From an uncultured Verrucomicrobiota bacterium (GTDB lineage: Bacteria > Verrucomicrobiota > Verrucomicrobiia > Limisphaerales > SXQI01): a DNA stretch of 64,000 nt. Positions 34,020 to 43,404 of this stretch are shown piece by piece. Position numbers and translations under genes: made by a program. The notes beneath the pieces were generated by a model, which saw only the letters and a list, made by a program, of their open reading frames with translations, did not search any database and was not told the DNA's origin. Each line of letters begins with the position of its first letter. Within the stretch, counting starts at the first letter, position 1. The stretch covers positions 35,043-99,042 of the forward strand of contig CAYZKY010000001.1 in the NCBI GenBank assembly GCA_964478815.1, read 5' to 3'.

Positions 34020-34487
34020 TCAGGCTCGGGCGCGGCTCAGATCGAGGACGCGGTTCTTGAGGGCGATGAGGCGTTTGGCGGAGACGCGGATGGAGGCGCT
34101 GCGGCGCAGGAAATTTTTTTCGCGGACATTGCGGCCGTGGAAGCGATTCAGCTCGTTGGTGAAGGTGCCGGGATCGCGCACGGTTCCGACCTCGCGGATG
34201 AAATCGAAGTCCTCTTTGAAGAACTCCGGATTGCGCTGGAAAATGACCTTGGCCAACGGGATCGAATGGAGGTGGAGGGTGCGCCAAAAGACCTCCTCCT
34301 CGAAGCGCTCGGGCGGGCAGCCGACCTTCGCGCAAAACAGCTCGCGGAACGTGGCCGTCCAAGCCTTGGGCAGGCTTTTTGTCCGCGCTTGCATCCATCC
34401 CTCCGTCACGACCGATCCTTCGTTTACCTTGTCCGGCGATGTCGCGCCGGATGCCTGCACATTCGTGCAAGTTACGATTGGATGCAA
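34020..34487 (-). CDS. Hypothetical protein (likely start at Met32, 34394)
   Basis: Non-repetitive, balanced composition (FRELFCAKVGCPPERFEEEVFWRTLHLHSIPLAKVIFQRNPEFFKEDFDFIREVG). Downstream of, and co-oriented with, the 839-aa gene. I recognise no family. Confidence 0.5.
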   Translation of the reverse strand: MHPIVTCTNVQASGATSPDKVNEGSVVTEGWMQARTKSLPKAWTATFRELFCAKVGCPPERFEEEVFWRTLHLHSIPLAKVIFQRNPEFFKEDFDFIREVGTVRDPGTFTNELNRFHGRNVREKNFLRRSASIRVSAKRLIALKNRVLDLSRARA

Positions 34488-34632
34488 CCGTCGATTGTGG
34501 CATTCAAACCAAGTCCGGCTAAATCCGAACGGCTGCGCTCACCCGTGCCGAAGACGGGCTCGTTTCCGGGCGCAAAAAAAGCGCGGCTGGGGTGGCCAGC
34601 CGCGCGCGAATTTTGCGAAGGAGCCGCAGGCG

Positions 34633-37152
34633 CTATTTCGTCAGGCGGAGGAATTTGGCCAGGCCGTTGGCCGGGAGACTCGCGACGTTCTCGGTGCCTT
34701 CGGTGGTGACGACTGCCGTGGAGTTGGCCCAGCCGCCGGGAAGGGCCCCCGTTTCCTGAAGGACGAAGCCCGTGGCGGACGCGGGCCAGGAGATCCGAAT
34801 CTGGCCATTGGCCGCGGCGGCGACGGAGAGGGGGATCTTGGGCGTTTCGGCCGGCGGGTTGCCGAGGAAGACGCGAACGTTATCGAGGAGAAGGCTGTGA
34901 TCGCCCTCGGAGGTGTGCTCGAAGGTCAGGCGCCCTTCGCCCGCGGCGGGGGTGAATTGAACGGCGCGCACATGATACGGTTCCGTTCCGCCCACCACGG
35001 CGATCTCTTCTTCGAGCACCGGGACGTCGTCGAAGCTGACCCGATAGGTGGAGGGGGTGGCCGCGGAGCAGCAATTGCGCGTATTGACCTCGAAGACGAC
35101 CGTGTGCATCTGGCCTGCGGAAAGCCCCGAGAGCAATTGACTGACGCCGCTGCCGGCGCTTTGCAGGAAGAGGACGCGGTCCTGATCGGAGGAGAGGCCA
35201 TTGTCGGAGAACGGCCCGACGCCGTTGACATTGATGCCTTTGCCGCCCGCGCTGAGATATTCCCAACCGGCGATGGGCGCCGGCGCGAGATAACCGACGC
35301 CGGTGGGGCTGCCGGTCGCTTCGAAGCTGGGGTTCATGACCACGATCTCGCTGGGGATGCGGCGAACGATGGAAATGCCATCGAGCAGGAGCGTGGCATC
35401 GCCGCTGGGCACCGTGGAAAACTCGAGAAGAGCGTTGGCCGAGGAGGCGGTGAAGCCCACATTGCGGAATTGGTAGGGGACGCCTTCGCCAACGGCGGAG
35501 ATGCCGACGATGGAATCGATGGAAACGCCGCCGAGTTTGACCGTGACATTGATGGTCGTGCCGCCGGCGGCGCGGGCGTTGAAGAAATATTGGAGCCAGT
35601 AGGTCTCACCGGGAGTGAGGCCGACGATTTCCTGCGCGAGCGTGGCCGTCCCCTGGAGGAAGGCGATTTGCAGGCGGTCGGGGATGGTGCTGTTGTCATG
35701 GAAGGGGCCGGTGGCGTTGTTCAGGCCGGAGCCGCCAGTCCAGGCCAGGATGGGGCCGTAACCCACGCCGCCGGGGGCGGGGCTGCTTTCGAAGCTGGAG
35801 TTGCGAACAAAGGAGCTGACGACGTTCAAGGCGACGTCGTCCGACACTGAGAGGCCGGCCGCCTCGAGGACGGTGAGGCGCGCGGTGCCGCGGGCCACGG
35901 CCTCGAATTCGATGGTCTGGGAGAGCGCGCCGCCCTGTGCGAAGGTGAGGGTGACGTTGCCTTCTTCATCCGCGTTCAGGAGGCGGGCGATGTTGGCGTT
36001 CGAGCTGCCGAACTTGAGCGTGGCGGACTTATTGGCGGTCAGCCGGGCTGGGACGGTAACGGTCACGACCTGGCGCTGGCCGGGAGCCATCTCGGCGCCG
36101 ACGGGCGCGAACCCGAGCGGCGGCAAGGGCTCAATGATCTGGCCGGAGATTTTGATGTCGTCGATCAAGAGCGTTTGATCGCCGTCCTTCGTCTGGGAGA
36201 TCACGAGAGGGAGCGCGAGATCGGTGGCGGTGAAGGTGACCGATTTGGTTCGGTAAGCGGCGGTGCCTCCGACGGGGTTGACATCTTCCTCGAAGAGCAC
36301 GGTTTCGCCGACTTTCACCTGGATGTGGGGGGTGTTCCCCTCGCGGGCGTTGTAAGCCAGCGTGAGCTGGTAGGTGGTGCCGACAGCGAGATTGGGAATG
36401 CTCTGGCTCAGCGAGGCCACGCCTTGCAGGAAGGCAGCGTGATCCTGATCGGGCGCCGTGCCGTTGTTGGCGAATGGTCCCCCGCCAGAAAGGTTGACAC
36501 CATACTGTCCCTCGCCAACCCAGCCGGCGATTCCGGCCGGGTTGATGTAACCGGGATCGGCGGGATCGCCACTGGCCTCGAAGCTGGGGTTCATGACCAC
36601 GACCTGGCCTTCGTCGCGCTGGACGATGGAGACGGCATCCCAGTTCACGGTGGCGTCGCCGGAAGCGACAGTGGTCAGGCCCAGGGTGCCGAAGTCGGAA
36701 TCCGCCACGAAGGGGACACTGCGGAAATAGTAAGGGTTGCCGCCGGTGGCGGGGCGGACATTGGCGATTTTGTCGATCTCGACACCGTTGAAGTTGACCA
36801 AAATGTCGATCGAGCCGCCGCAGCAGCCGCGGGCGTCGTAGAAGAATTGAATCCAGTACCGTTTGCCGGGCTCGAGTCCGGAGATTTCCTGGGAGAGCGT
36901 GGTGCTGCCCTGGCTGAAGGCGACGCGCAGGTTATCGGGAATGGGCGTGCCGCCATTGTGGAAGGGGCCGCCCGATTCATTGATGCCGGAGCCGCCGGAC
37001 CAGAGGTCGATCGGACTGTAGTGCGGGAAGACGTCGTTGTAGTTGGCCTCGAAGCTGGGGTTCTGAACCAGACCAGCCTGGGTGTGGAACGTTCCGGCGG
37101 CTAGCAAAGCAGCCGCCGAACGCAACAAATGAATGCGTCGAACAGATTTCAT
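34633..37152 (-). CDS. Secreted 839-aa protein with four CBM/DUF642-like beta-sandwich modules, one Ig-like domain and a conserved C-terminal module
   Basis: Signal peptide. Four modules each open with (V)xNPSFE/NSSFE ... GG.G.N..G.GPF..N. The central segment NANIARLLNADEEGNVTLTF...ARGTARLTVLEAAG is BIG2-like. The C-terminus ends AKFLRLTK. Confidence 0.8.
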   Translation of the reverse strand: MKSVRRIHLLRSAAALLAAGTFHTQAGLVQNPSFEANYNDVFPHYSPIDLWSGGSGINESGGPFHNGGTPIPDNLRVAFSQGSTTLSQEISGLEPGKRYWIQFFYDARGCCGGSIDILVNFNGVEIDKIANVRPATGGNPYYFRSVPFVADSDFGTLGLTTVASGDATVNWDAVSIVQRDEGQVVVMNPSFEASGDPADPGYINPAGIAGWVGEGQYGVNLSGGGPFANNGTAPDQDHAAFLQGVASLSQSIPNLAVGTTYQLTLAYNAREGNTPHIQVKVGETVLFEEDVNPVGGTAAYRTKSVTFTATDLALPLVISQTKDGDQTLLIDDIKISGQIIEPLPPLGFAPVGAEMAPGQRQVVTVTVPARLTANKSATLKFGSSNANIARLLNADEEGNVTLTFAQGGALSQTIEFEAVARGTARLTVLEAAGLSVSDDVALNVVSSFVRNSSFESSPAPGGVGYGPILAWTGGSGLNNATGPFHDNSTIPDRLQIAFLQGTATLAQEIVGLTPGETYWLQYFFNARAAGGTTINVTVKLGGVSIDSIVGISAVGEGVPYQFRNVGFTASSANALLEFSTVPSGDATLLLDGISIVRRIPSEIVVMNPSFEATGSPTGVGYLAPAPIAGWEYLSAGGKGINVNGVGPFSDNGLSSDQDRVLFLQSAGSGVSQLLSGLSAGQMHTVVFEVNTRNCCSAATPSTYRVSFDDVPVLEEEIAVVGGTEPYHVRAVQFTPAAGEGRLTFEHTSEGDHSLLLDNVRVFLGNPPAETPKIPLSVAAAANGQIRISWPASATGFVLQETGALPGGWANSTAVVTTEGTENVASLPANGLAKFLRLTK

Positions 37153-37382
37153 AATTTGATTGGAACGGGACGAGTATAGGAAGGAAGGCAGGGCTTGGCT
37201 ACCCCCGAAGCTGGAAGAGGTGTGATCGTGTGATCGTTGGGGCCAAAATGGGGGAGTGGCTGGCCGCCGAGGGCAGCGGTTCCGGCACCGCTGGTTGGAT
37301 CACCACCCTCCCTTGGCCTCCGGGAAGCGCTCGGCCGGGATTGGCTCGCCCGCCGGGCCTGCCGCTGGCATGGTTCCGTCCT

Positions 37383-40300
37383 ATGAACTGGCGGCGCAGC
37401 GTGTATGCGATCTGGGTGGGCGCAGCTCTCGGTCTCTCCGTCTGCGGCCAGGGCATCCCCAAGCCCACCGATGCGCCGCCGCCTTTGGCTCCGGCCGATG
37501 CCGAGCGTTCGTTTGTTGTGCCGGAGGGGTACATCATGCTGCTGGTGGCGAGTGAGCCGCTGATCACGGAGCCGACGAGCGTTTGCTGGGATGAGCGGGG
37601 GCGGATGCATGTGGGCGAGCTGCATGGCTACAATCTGGAGGGGCAGCTCGAAATCGAGGAGATGAACCGCTCCGGCGTCCTCGACACAAAGGTTCAGCGG
37701 GTCGAAGCCGCGGAGAAGTTCAAGGAAGCCGCGAAGGCGGGGACTTACGGCGTCGTGAAACGCCTCTTCGATCAGGACGGCGATGGCCTCATGGACAAGG
37801 CGCAAGTGCTGTCGTCGAATTTGCCACCCGTTTACGGGATCTGCCCGGCGCGCGGCGGACTCATCGTGGCATGCCAGGCAGAGATCGTTTTTCTGGCCGA
37901 CCGCGATGACGATGGCGTCGCCGAAGTCCGCGAGACGCTCTTCACCGGTTTCAAGAGCGGCATGCTGGAGCGCGGCCTGAACGCGCCGCAGTGGGGCCCC
38001 GACGGCTGGATTTACATCGGTCGCGGCTGGGGCGCGGGCGAAATCACTGGGCCGCATCTCAAGCAGCCCGTGCAACTGCCGCACACCGATTTCCGCATTC
38101 GCCCCGACGGCACCGCCATCGAACCGGTTGTCGGCGGCACGCATACGATTGGCTTCACCTTCACGGAGGATGGCGACCGCTTCTTCACTACCACCTGGAA
38201 GCACGCGCTCTACGCCGTCCCCATCCAGTGGCGCTACTGGGAGCGCAATCCGAACTTCGCTGCGCCCGGGCTCGAAGCCGATGCGTCCGATTACACCACA
38301 GTTTTCCCCATTGCCCCAGTCCACCCCTGGAAGAAGAGCCGCAGCAACGACCCTGGATGGAAGGAATTCTACGCCCGCTACGGGCCTGCCGAGAGTGTCG
38401 AGAGCGGTTTCTTCACTTCCTGCGCCAGCCCGCTCGTCCGGCGATCCTTCTATCCTCTTTGGCCAGGATGGTATGAGCCGGAGCTATTCGTGTGCGAGCC
38501 AGCGCAGAATCTCATCCATCGGTCGAAAATCGAGCGGCACGGCCCCGAGTTGCAGGTGCGGCGCGCGCCCGGCGAGGAGAAGAGCGAATTCCTTGCGAGC
38601 AAGGATTCCTGGTTCCGTCCTGTTTCCCTCGCGGAAGCCCCCGACGGCTCATTATACATCGTCGATATGTATCGCGAAATCATCGAGGACTACTCGGCGG
38701 TCCCGCGCTTCATGCAGCAACAGTACGGCTTGGCGGGGGGAGTGGACCGTGGCCGCATCTGGCGTTTGGCTGCTGAGCCAGGACTCGTATCGGTTGACCT
38801 GGGAGGAGATCGTAAAGAAGCCCTTCGAAGTATGCTAAAGCAACGGGATGCCACCTCGCCTTCGCCGAACATGGCAGCATTGACCGATGCCCAATTGACG
38901 CAGGAAATGGTTGGCTATTCCCATTGGCGGCGCCAGACGGCCGAGCGCCTGCTGAGGGAACGACATCCTGCCTTCATGGCATCCACCGGCAGTCTGGCTC
39001 GATTTGGCCGAGAATATCAGGGATTCGATGGAGAATTCCCGCCAAGAACTCCGTATATCTCCATCGTGAGGATGAAGCTCGGCATGACAGCCTATACGAA
39101 TGAAATGATGCGCGTGCTGCAAGCCAACGACGAACAATTGCGGACAAATGCGGCGGCGGCACGGCGGCTGGCGGATTTTACCCGGCGGATGGATGACCCG
39201 CGCGTGCTGCTGCAACTGGCCCTGAGTCTCGGCTATAGCCCCGAACCGGAAGCCTTCGCCACGCTTGTGCATCTGGCCCGCCAGCGCGCGAATATTCGCT
39301 GGATGCCCGAGGCCATCCTGACCGGCATGGATGGCCGCGCCGGGCAACTACTCGTCGAGCTATTGCGCGAACCCGGCCCCCAAGGCGCGGCGCTCTTCGA
39401 GCCGCTCGCTGCCAGCATTGCCGCGCGGCGGGACGATGCCGAGATGGCCGCTTCCCTGGCCGCCATCGCGCGGAGCGAGTCGGTGCCCGCCCGCGCCGCC
39501 TGTCTCAAGGGGCTCAGCGATGTGAAGCCCGGCCCCATCGCTCTCGAAGCGCAGGAACCGCTGCGGCGATTGACCAAGGACGAAAATGTCGGCGTGCGTG
39601 GCTTGGCGGAAACCATCGCCGTGCGGCTGAAGGTATCCGAGTCGGCCGAGTCGGCCGACGCCATCCGCATCTCGGCGCGGGCAGACCTAGCAGATTCGAC
39701 CGCCCCGACCGAGAAACGCCTGGCTGCGCTCTCTTTGCTCGCGGCGGGCAAGGATCGATCGATTGCCTCCGATGCCCTCTCCGCCTGGCCCACCAGCACC
39801 CCGGCCTTGCGCGCCGCAATTCTGGATGCGCTCCTCGCCCGCCGCGAACGCGCCTCCGCACTCGTCGACGCCCTGGAGCGCAAGGAACTGCCCCTCTCCG
39901 CGCTGAACCAATCGCAACGCCAACTTCTCCGCGAGCGCGCCGATTCCCACCTCCGCCCGCGTGTCGAAGCCCTGTTTGCCAACGATGCCGCCCCCGATTT
40001 CGAAGCCCAGTCTGCCCGCTACATTGCCGCCCTCGCCGGTCCGCGCGATACCAAGCGCGGCGGAGAACTCTTCGCCCAGCTCTGCGCGACCTGCCATCGC
40101 GTCAATGGGACGGGCTTCGAGGTCGGGCCGGACTTGCGCCTCGCCTTCCAGCGCGCCGAGGAAACCATGATCCGCGATCTCCTCCGCCCGAGCGACGCGC
40201 TGACTTCGAGTTACGAGACGTACGTGCTGCACCGCCGTGATGGCGAGGAACTCCGCGGCATCCTCGTCACTGAATCCGCCACCAGCATCACCCTGCGCAT

Positions 40301-40457
40301 GGCCGGCGGAAAAGAAGAGCGCGTGCTGCGCCGCGATCTGGCCAAAGTCGAAAGCTCCCCCATCTCCCTTATGCCCGAAGGCTTCGGCGAGGCCCTCAAT
40401 CCGCAGGACTGCGCCAATCTATTGGGTTGGTTGCGTGAAACACTGACCGAACGCTGA
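37383..40457 (+). CDS. PVC-type membrane-bound-dehydrogenase domain / HEAT-repeat / cytochrome c (CxxCH) fusion protein
   Basis: Start taken at MNWRRSVYAIWVGAALGLSVCGQG (signal). N-terminal beta-propeller-like dehydrogenase region (FVVPEGY...DERGRMHV), HEAT-like helical repeats, and a C-terminal heme motif CATCHRVNGTGFEVGPDL. Confidence 0.85.
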   Translation: MNWRRSVYAIWVGAALGLSVCGQGIPKPTDAPPPLAPADAERSFVVPEGYIMLLVASEPLITEPTSVCWDERGRMHVGELHGYNLEGQLEIEEMNRSGVLDTKVQRVEAAEKFKEAAKAGTYGVVKRLFDQDGDGLMDKAQVLSSNLPPVYGICPARGGLIVACQAEIVFLADRDDDGVAEVRETLFTGFKSGMLERGLNAPQWGPDGWIYIGRGWGAGEITGPHLKQPVQLPHTDFRIRPDGTAIEPVVGGTHTIGFTFTEDGDRFFTTTWKHALYAVPIQWRYWERNPNFAAPGLEADASDYTTVFPIAPVHPWKKSRSNDPGWKEFYARYGPAESVESGFFTSCASPLVRRSFYPLWPGWYEPELFVCEPAQNLIHRSKIERHGPELQVRRAPGEEKSEFLASKDSWFRPVSLAEAPDGSLYIVDMYREIIEDYSAVPRFMQQQYGLAGGVDRGRIWRLAAEPGLVSVDLGGDRKEALRSMLKQRDATSPSPNMAALTDAQLTQEMVGYSHWRRQTAERLLRERHPAFMASTGSLARFGREYQGFDGEFPPRTPYISIVRMKLGMTAYTNEMMRVLQANDEQLRTNAAAARRLADFTRRMDDPRVLLQLALSLGYSPEPEAFATLVHLARQRANIRWMPEAILTGMDGRAGQLLVELLREPGPQGAALFEPLAASIAARRDDAEMAASLAAIARSESVPARAACLKGLSDVKPGPIALEAQEPLRRLTKDENVGVRGLAETIAVRLKVSESAESADAIRISARADLADSTAPTEKRLAALSLLAAGKDRSIASDALSAWPTSTPALRAAILDALLARRERASALVDALERKELPLSALNQSQRQLLRERADSHLRPRVEALFANDAAPDFEAQSARYIAALAGPRDTKRGGELFAQLCATCHRVNGTGFEVGPDLRLAFQRAEETMIRDLLRPSDALTSSYETYVLHRRDGEELRGILVTESATSITLRMAGGKEERVLRRDLAKVESSPISLMPEGFGEALNPQDCANLLGWLRETLTER

Positions 40458-40809
40458 TCCCATCACGTCGAGACGACGCGGGAATTCGGAGGGCGAACAG
40501 CGCCGTCCGAGTGCGTTACGCAGGCCCAGCGGCTGTCGGCCGGCACATACTGAAGTTTACGGCTGTGGTGCTCGATGTTTCGAAGAAAAGAGATCCCCGA
40601 GCCTGGCCCATTTGCGGATTCAGCCGAGGGCTTCGCAACGGTTGGGGTTGCGGCCGGAGAACTGAATCTGTTTTCAAATAACTGTAAGACTAATTTACAG
40701 AAAATCGAAACTCATGCGATTTGAGGCCCAGGAGGATGCGGCGCATTATGGACGCCATCCCCTTGATGTGGCGTGAGTTGTGCTTATGAATATTATTGAG
40801 CCGCCATCT

Positions 40810-40825
40810 TGGCATGTCGCCTGCT
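40810..40825 (+). promoter_or_regulatory. Weak sigma-54-like element TGGCATgtcgcCTGCT
   Basis: Correct GG-N10-GC spacing, 43 nt upstream of the ATG at 40869. The -12 region is CTGC rather than TTGC. A sigma-70-like TTGATG-N17-ATGAAT lies just upstream, so the call is tentative. Confidence 0.25.
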
Positions 40826-40868
40826 GATAAATGTACCAGACCCCGATTAATCACACAAAAAAACACAG

Positions 40869-41519
40869 ATGAGACACCTTTCCCTGACATCCGCTGCCGC
40901 CGCCTGGGTGATGTGCGTAGCTGCCGGAAGCGCGCATGCCACTACCCTTGGAAATCCACTGACGGCGCGAACCTATGCGACCGATTTTCCGCCCGGGGCC
41001 GAGCCCTACGATTTGCTGGTAGTAAACAACACTCCGTTGCCGACCGGCACGTTGGATGCCTTCCTCGCCTACAATCAGGTCTCCCCCGGTGGCAGCCCCA
41101 CCGGATCGGCGGGACATTCGTTTATCGGGTATATTCTTCGGCCCGCCGGTGGCAGCCAGTTCGATGTGGTTTACGATACGGGCGTGATCACCGTTTCGGT
41201 GGTGGCGGTGGATACCGTCATTTCCTATCCAGCATCGTTCAATCTGCAAGCCGGCGACCTGTTTGCCCATTATGGAGGCGGGATTCCTGTCGATGTCGGA
41301 GGTGGGACCGATCAGTTGTACTTCCCGACGATCGGCCCCGCGCCGCTGGTCGGAAGCACCATTACCCTTGGAAGCGGCAGCTATCCTTTTGCGTCGCAGG
41401 ACCGCACCTATTCCATCGCCGTCGAAGTTTCTACTTCGGTGCCCGATGGTGGAACCAGTTTCGCGATGCTCGGGTTGGGGATGGCACTCCTTGGAGTCGC
41501 GCGCCAGAAACTGGGCTGA
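40869..41519 (+). CDS. Secreted protein with a VPDSG-CTERM-type sorting tail
   Basis: 216 aa, signal peptide (AAGSAHA). The C-terminus VPDGGTSFAMLGLGMALLGVARQKLG has the motif, hydrophobic helix and basic tail of the exosortase-type VPDSG-CTERM signal. Confidence 0.75.
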   Translation: MRHLSLTSAAAAWVMCVAAGSAHATTLGNPLTARTYATDFPPGAEPYDLLVVNNTPLPTGTLDAFLAYNQVSPGGSPTGSAGHSFIGYILRPAGGSQFDVVYDTGVITVSVVAVDTVISYPASFNLQAGDLFAHYGGGIPVDVGGGTDQLYFPTIGPAPLVGSTITLGSGSYPFASQDRTYSIAVEVSTSVPDGGTSFAMLGLGMALLGVARQKLG

Positions 41520-41781
41520 GTTCCCGAGTTTTCGCACGCCAGCTTGAGAAGCCGCCCGGGGCTCTGGTCCCGGGCGGCTTTCGCTTTTGCGAGCGGATCA
41601 GTCGGAGCCGGACAATACCTTTCGGTCTGACCCGGACCAATTCCCCAGATCAGACGGCTCAAAGCCCGCCCGCAAGCGCCAGGTCCACAAACAACCTTCG
41701 GGCTCCAGAAGCACGTTGCCAAGGGGGGGGGGCTCTTTTAACATGCCCGGCCTGGGCGCGCGTGGGCGCACCGGGCTGCCG

Positions 41782-42603
41782 ATGCCGGAGAACAAAGTCA
41801 AACTGGAGATTTTCGAGGGGCCCCTCGATTTGCTGCTCTACCTCGTCAAGAAGGAGGAGGTGGACATCTACGAGGTGAACCTGACCCGCATTGCCGGCCA
41901 GTTCATCGAGTATGTCCGGATGATGCAGGCGCTGGACCTGGACATCGCGGGAGAGTTCATGGTGATGGCGGCCACGCTGATTTACATCAAGAGCCGCGAG
42001 TTGCTGCCCAAAAACCAGCGACCGGACGCGCCGGAGGAGGAGGACGAAGAGGACCCGCGCTGGGAGCTGATCCGCCAGTTGGTGGAATACAAGAAGTTCA
42101 AGGATGCCGCGGGGTCCTTGCAGGAGCGGGAGCTGTTGCAGGAGCAGATTTACCCGCGCATCGGCACGCGGCCGGACTTCACCCTCGAGACCGCGCCGGG
42201 CCGGCCCGAGGTGTCGGTGTTCGACCTGATCAACGCCGTTAGCAGCATTCTGAAACGGTTTGCGGAGACGGCCCCGGCCCAGGCGCTGTTCGAAGATCGC
42301 TGGTCGGTCAGCGACAAGATCGAAATGATTCGCGCGCTGATGGCGGAGCGGGGACGCCTGAAGTTTTACGAGTTGTTCGAACTCGCGGCGCATCGCGTCG
42401 AGGTGGTGGTCACCTTCCTCGCCTTGCTCGAGTTGATCCGCATGAAGCTGCTCCGGGTCGAGCAGCCGGAGGCTTTCGGCGACATCGAAATCAGCGTGGC
42501 GCTCCCGGCTCCGCCGCCCCTGCCCGCCGAGGAGCAACCGCCATCACCCGCTGCCGCCGAACCGGCGGCGCAACCCACCGAGCCGGCCGCCGCCGCCAGT
42601 TGA
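41782..42603 (+). CDS. scpA: Segregation and condensation protein A
   Basis: LEIFEGPLDLLLYLVKKEEVDIYEVNLTRIAGQFIEYV is canonical ScpA. Start at 41782, or alternatively 41743. Confidence 0.85.
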   Translation: MPENKVKLEIFEGPLDLLLYLVKKEEVDIYEVNLTRIAGQFIEYVRMMQALDLDIAGEFMVMAATLIYIKSRELLPKNQRPDAPEEEDEEDPRWELIRQLVEYKKFKDAAGSLQERELLQEQIYPRIGTRPDFTLETAPGRPEVSVFDLINAVSSILKRFAETAPAQALFEDRWSVSDKIEMIRALMAERGRLKFYELFELAAHRVEVVVTFLALLELIRMKLLRVEQPEAFGDIEISVALPAPPPLPAEEQPPSPAAAEPAAQPTEPAAAAS

Positions 42604-42615
42604 TTTTTTTCCGAC

Positions 42616-43404
42616 ATGGAACTCAGATTTGCCATCGAAGCGATTTTATTCTCCTCGCAAAAGCCGCTCAGCCTGCGCGAGTTGCGGGATATTTTGAACA
42701 GCACCGCCGACAAGGCGGAGGAGCCCGAAGCGAAGGTGTTCAAGAAGGTGCCGGAGGAGGAATTGACCGCCGCGCTGACGCAGTTGGAGGCGGATCACGC
42801 GCAGTCGGGCCGGAGCTACTATCTGGCCTGCGTAGCCGGCGCGTGGCAGTTCGTGAGCCGGCCGGAGTATCTGCCGTGGCTGCGCACCTTGTACGGCGCC
42901 AAAACGCGCCCGCCGAGGCTCTCGCAGCCGGCGCTGGAGACGCTGGCCGTCGTGGCTTATCGGCAGCCGGTGACGCGCGCCGAGATCGAGCAGATTCGAG
43001 GAGTCGCGGTCGACGGAGTGGTTTCGACCTTGCTTGAACGCGGATTGATCCATCAGGCCGGCCGCGCGGAGGTGGTTGGCCGGCCGATGACCTACGGAAC
43101 GACGCCTGCTTTTCTCGAATATTTCGGCTTGCGCAGCCTGGAAGAGCTGCCTTCGGCCGACGAGCTCCGGCGCATCCCGGTGGAACGTCCCCCTTCCTTG
43201 CTGACGGTCGATCCCGGATTGGCGACGGCCGCGCCGGATACGCTCAAACCGGAAGCGGCCCCGGAGGCTGCCGCGGCCGCCGCAACAACCGATCCCGCCC
43301 TGGGCGCGACGCGCACGGAATCCACCGCCGCCACCGATCCCGTTCCGCCCGCGGAAGCACCCGTGCCTCCGGCCGCGGCCGGTGCCGGGGAGGCCCAGCC
43401 ATGA
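42616..43404 (+). CDS. scpB: Segregation and condensation protein B
   Basis: IEAILFSSQKPLSLREL...LETLAVVAYRQPVTRAEIEQIRGV...GRPMTYGTTPAFLEYFGL is canonical ScpB, here with an Ala/Pro-rich C-terminal tail. Confidence 0.85.
   Translation: MELRFAIEAILFSSQKPLSLRELRDILNSTADKAEEPEAKVFKKVPEEELTAALTQLEADHAQSGRSYYLACVAGAWQFVSRPEYLPWLRTLYGAKTRPPRLSQPALETLAVVAYRQPVTRAEIEQIRGVAVDGVVSTLLERGLIHQAGRAEVVGRPMTYGTTPAFLEYFGLRSLEELPSADELRRIPVERPPSLLTVDPGLATAAPDTLKPEAAPEAAAAAATTDPALGATRTESTAATDPVPPAEAPVPPAAAGAGEAQP

Noticed and set aside
37230-37382. Upstream extension of the heme-binding dehydrogenase-like ORF. Similar N-terminal extensions occur at 29163-29297, 31846-31914, 41587-41781, 48570-48608, 53452-53526, 57670-57939 and 58544-58591.
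   Set aside because: The extensions are Gly/Arg/Pro-rich and precede an internal Met that begins a clear signal peptide or conserved N-terminus. The shorter gene models were preferred.
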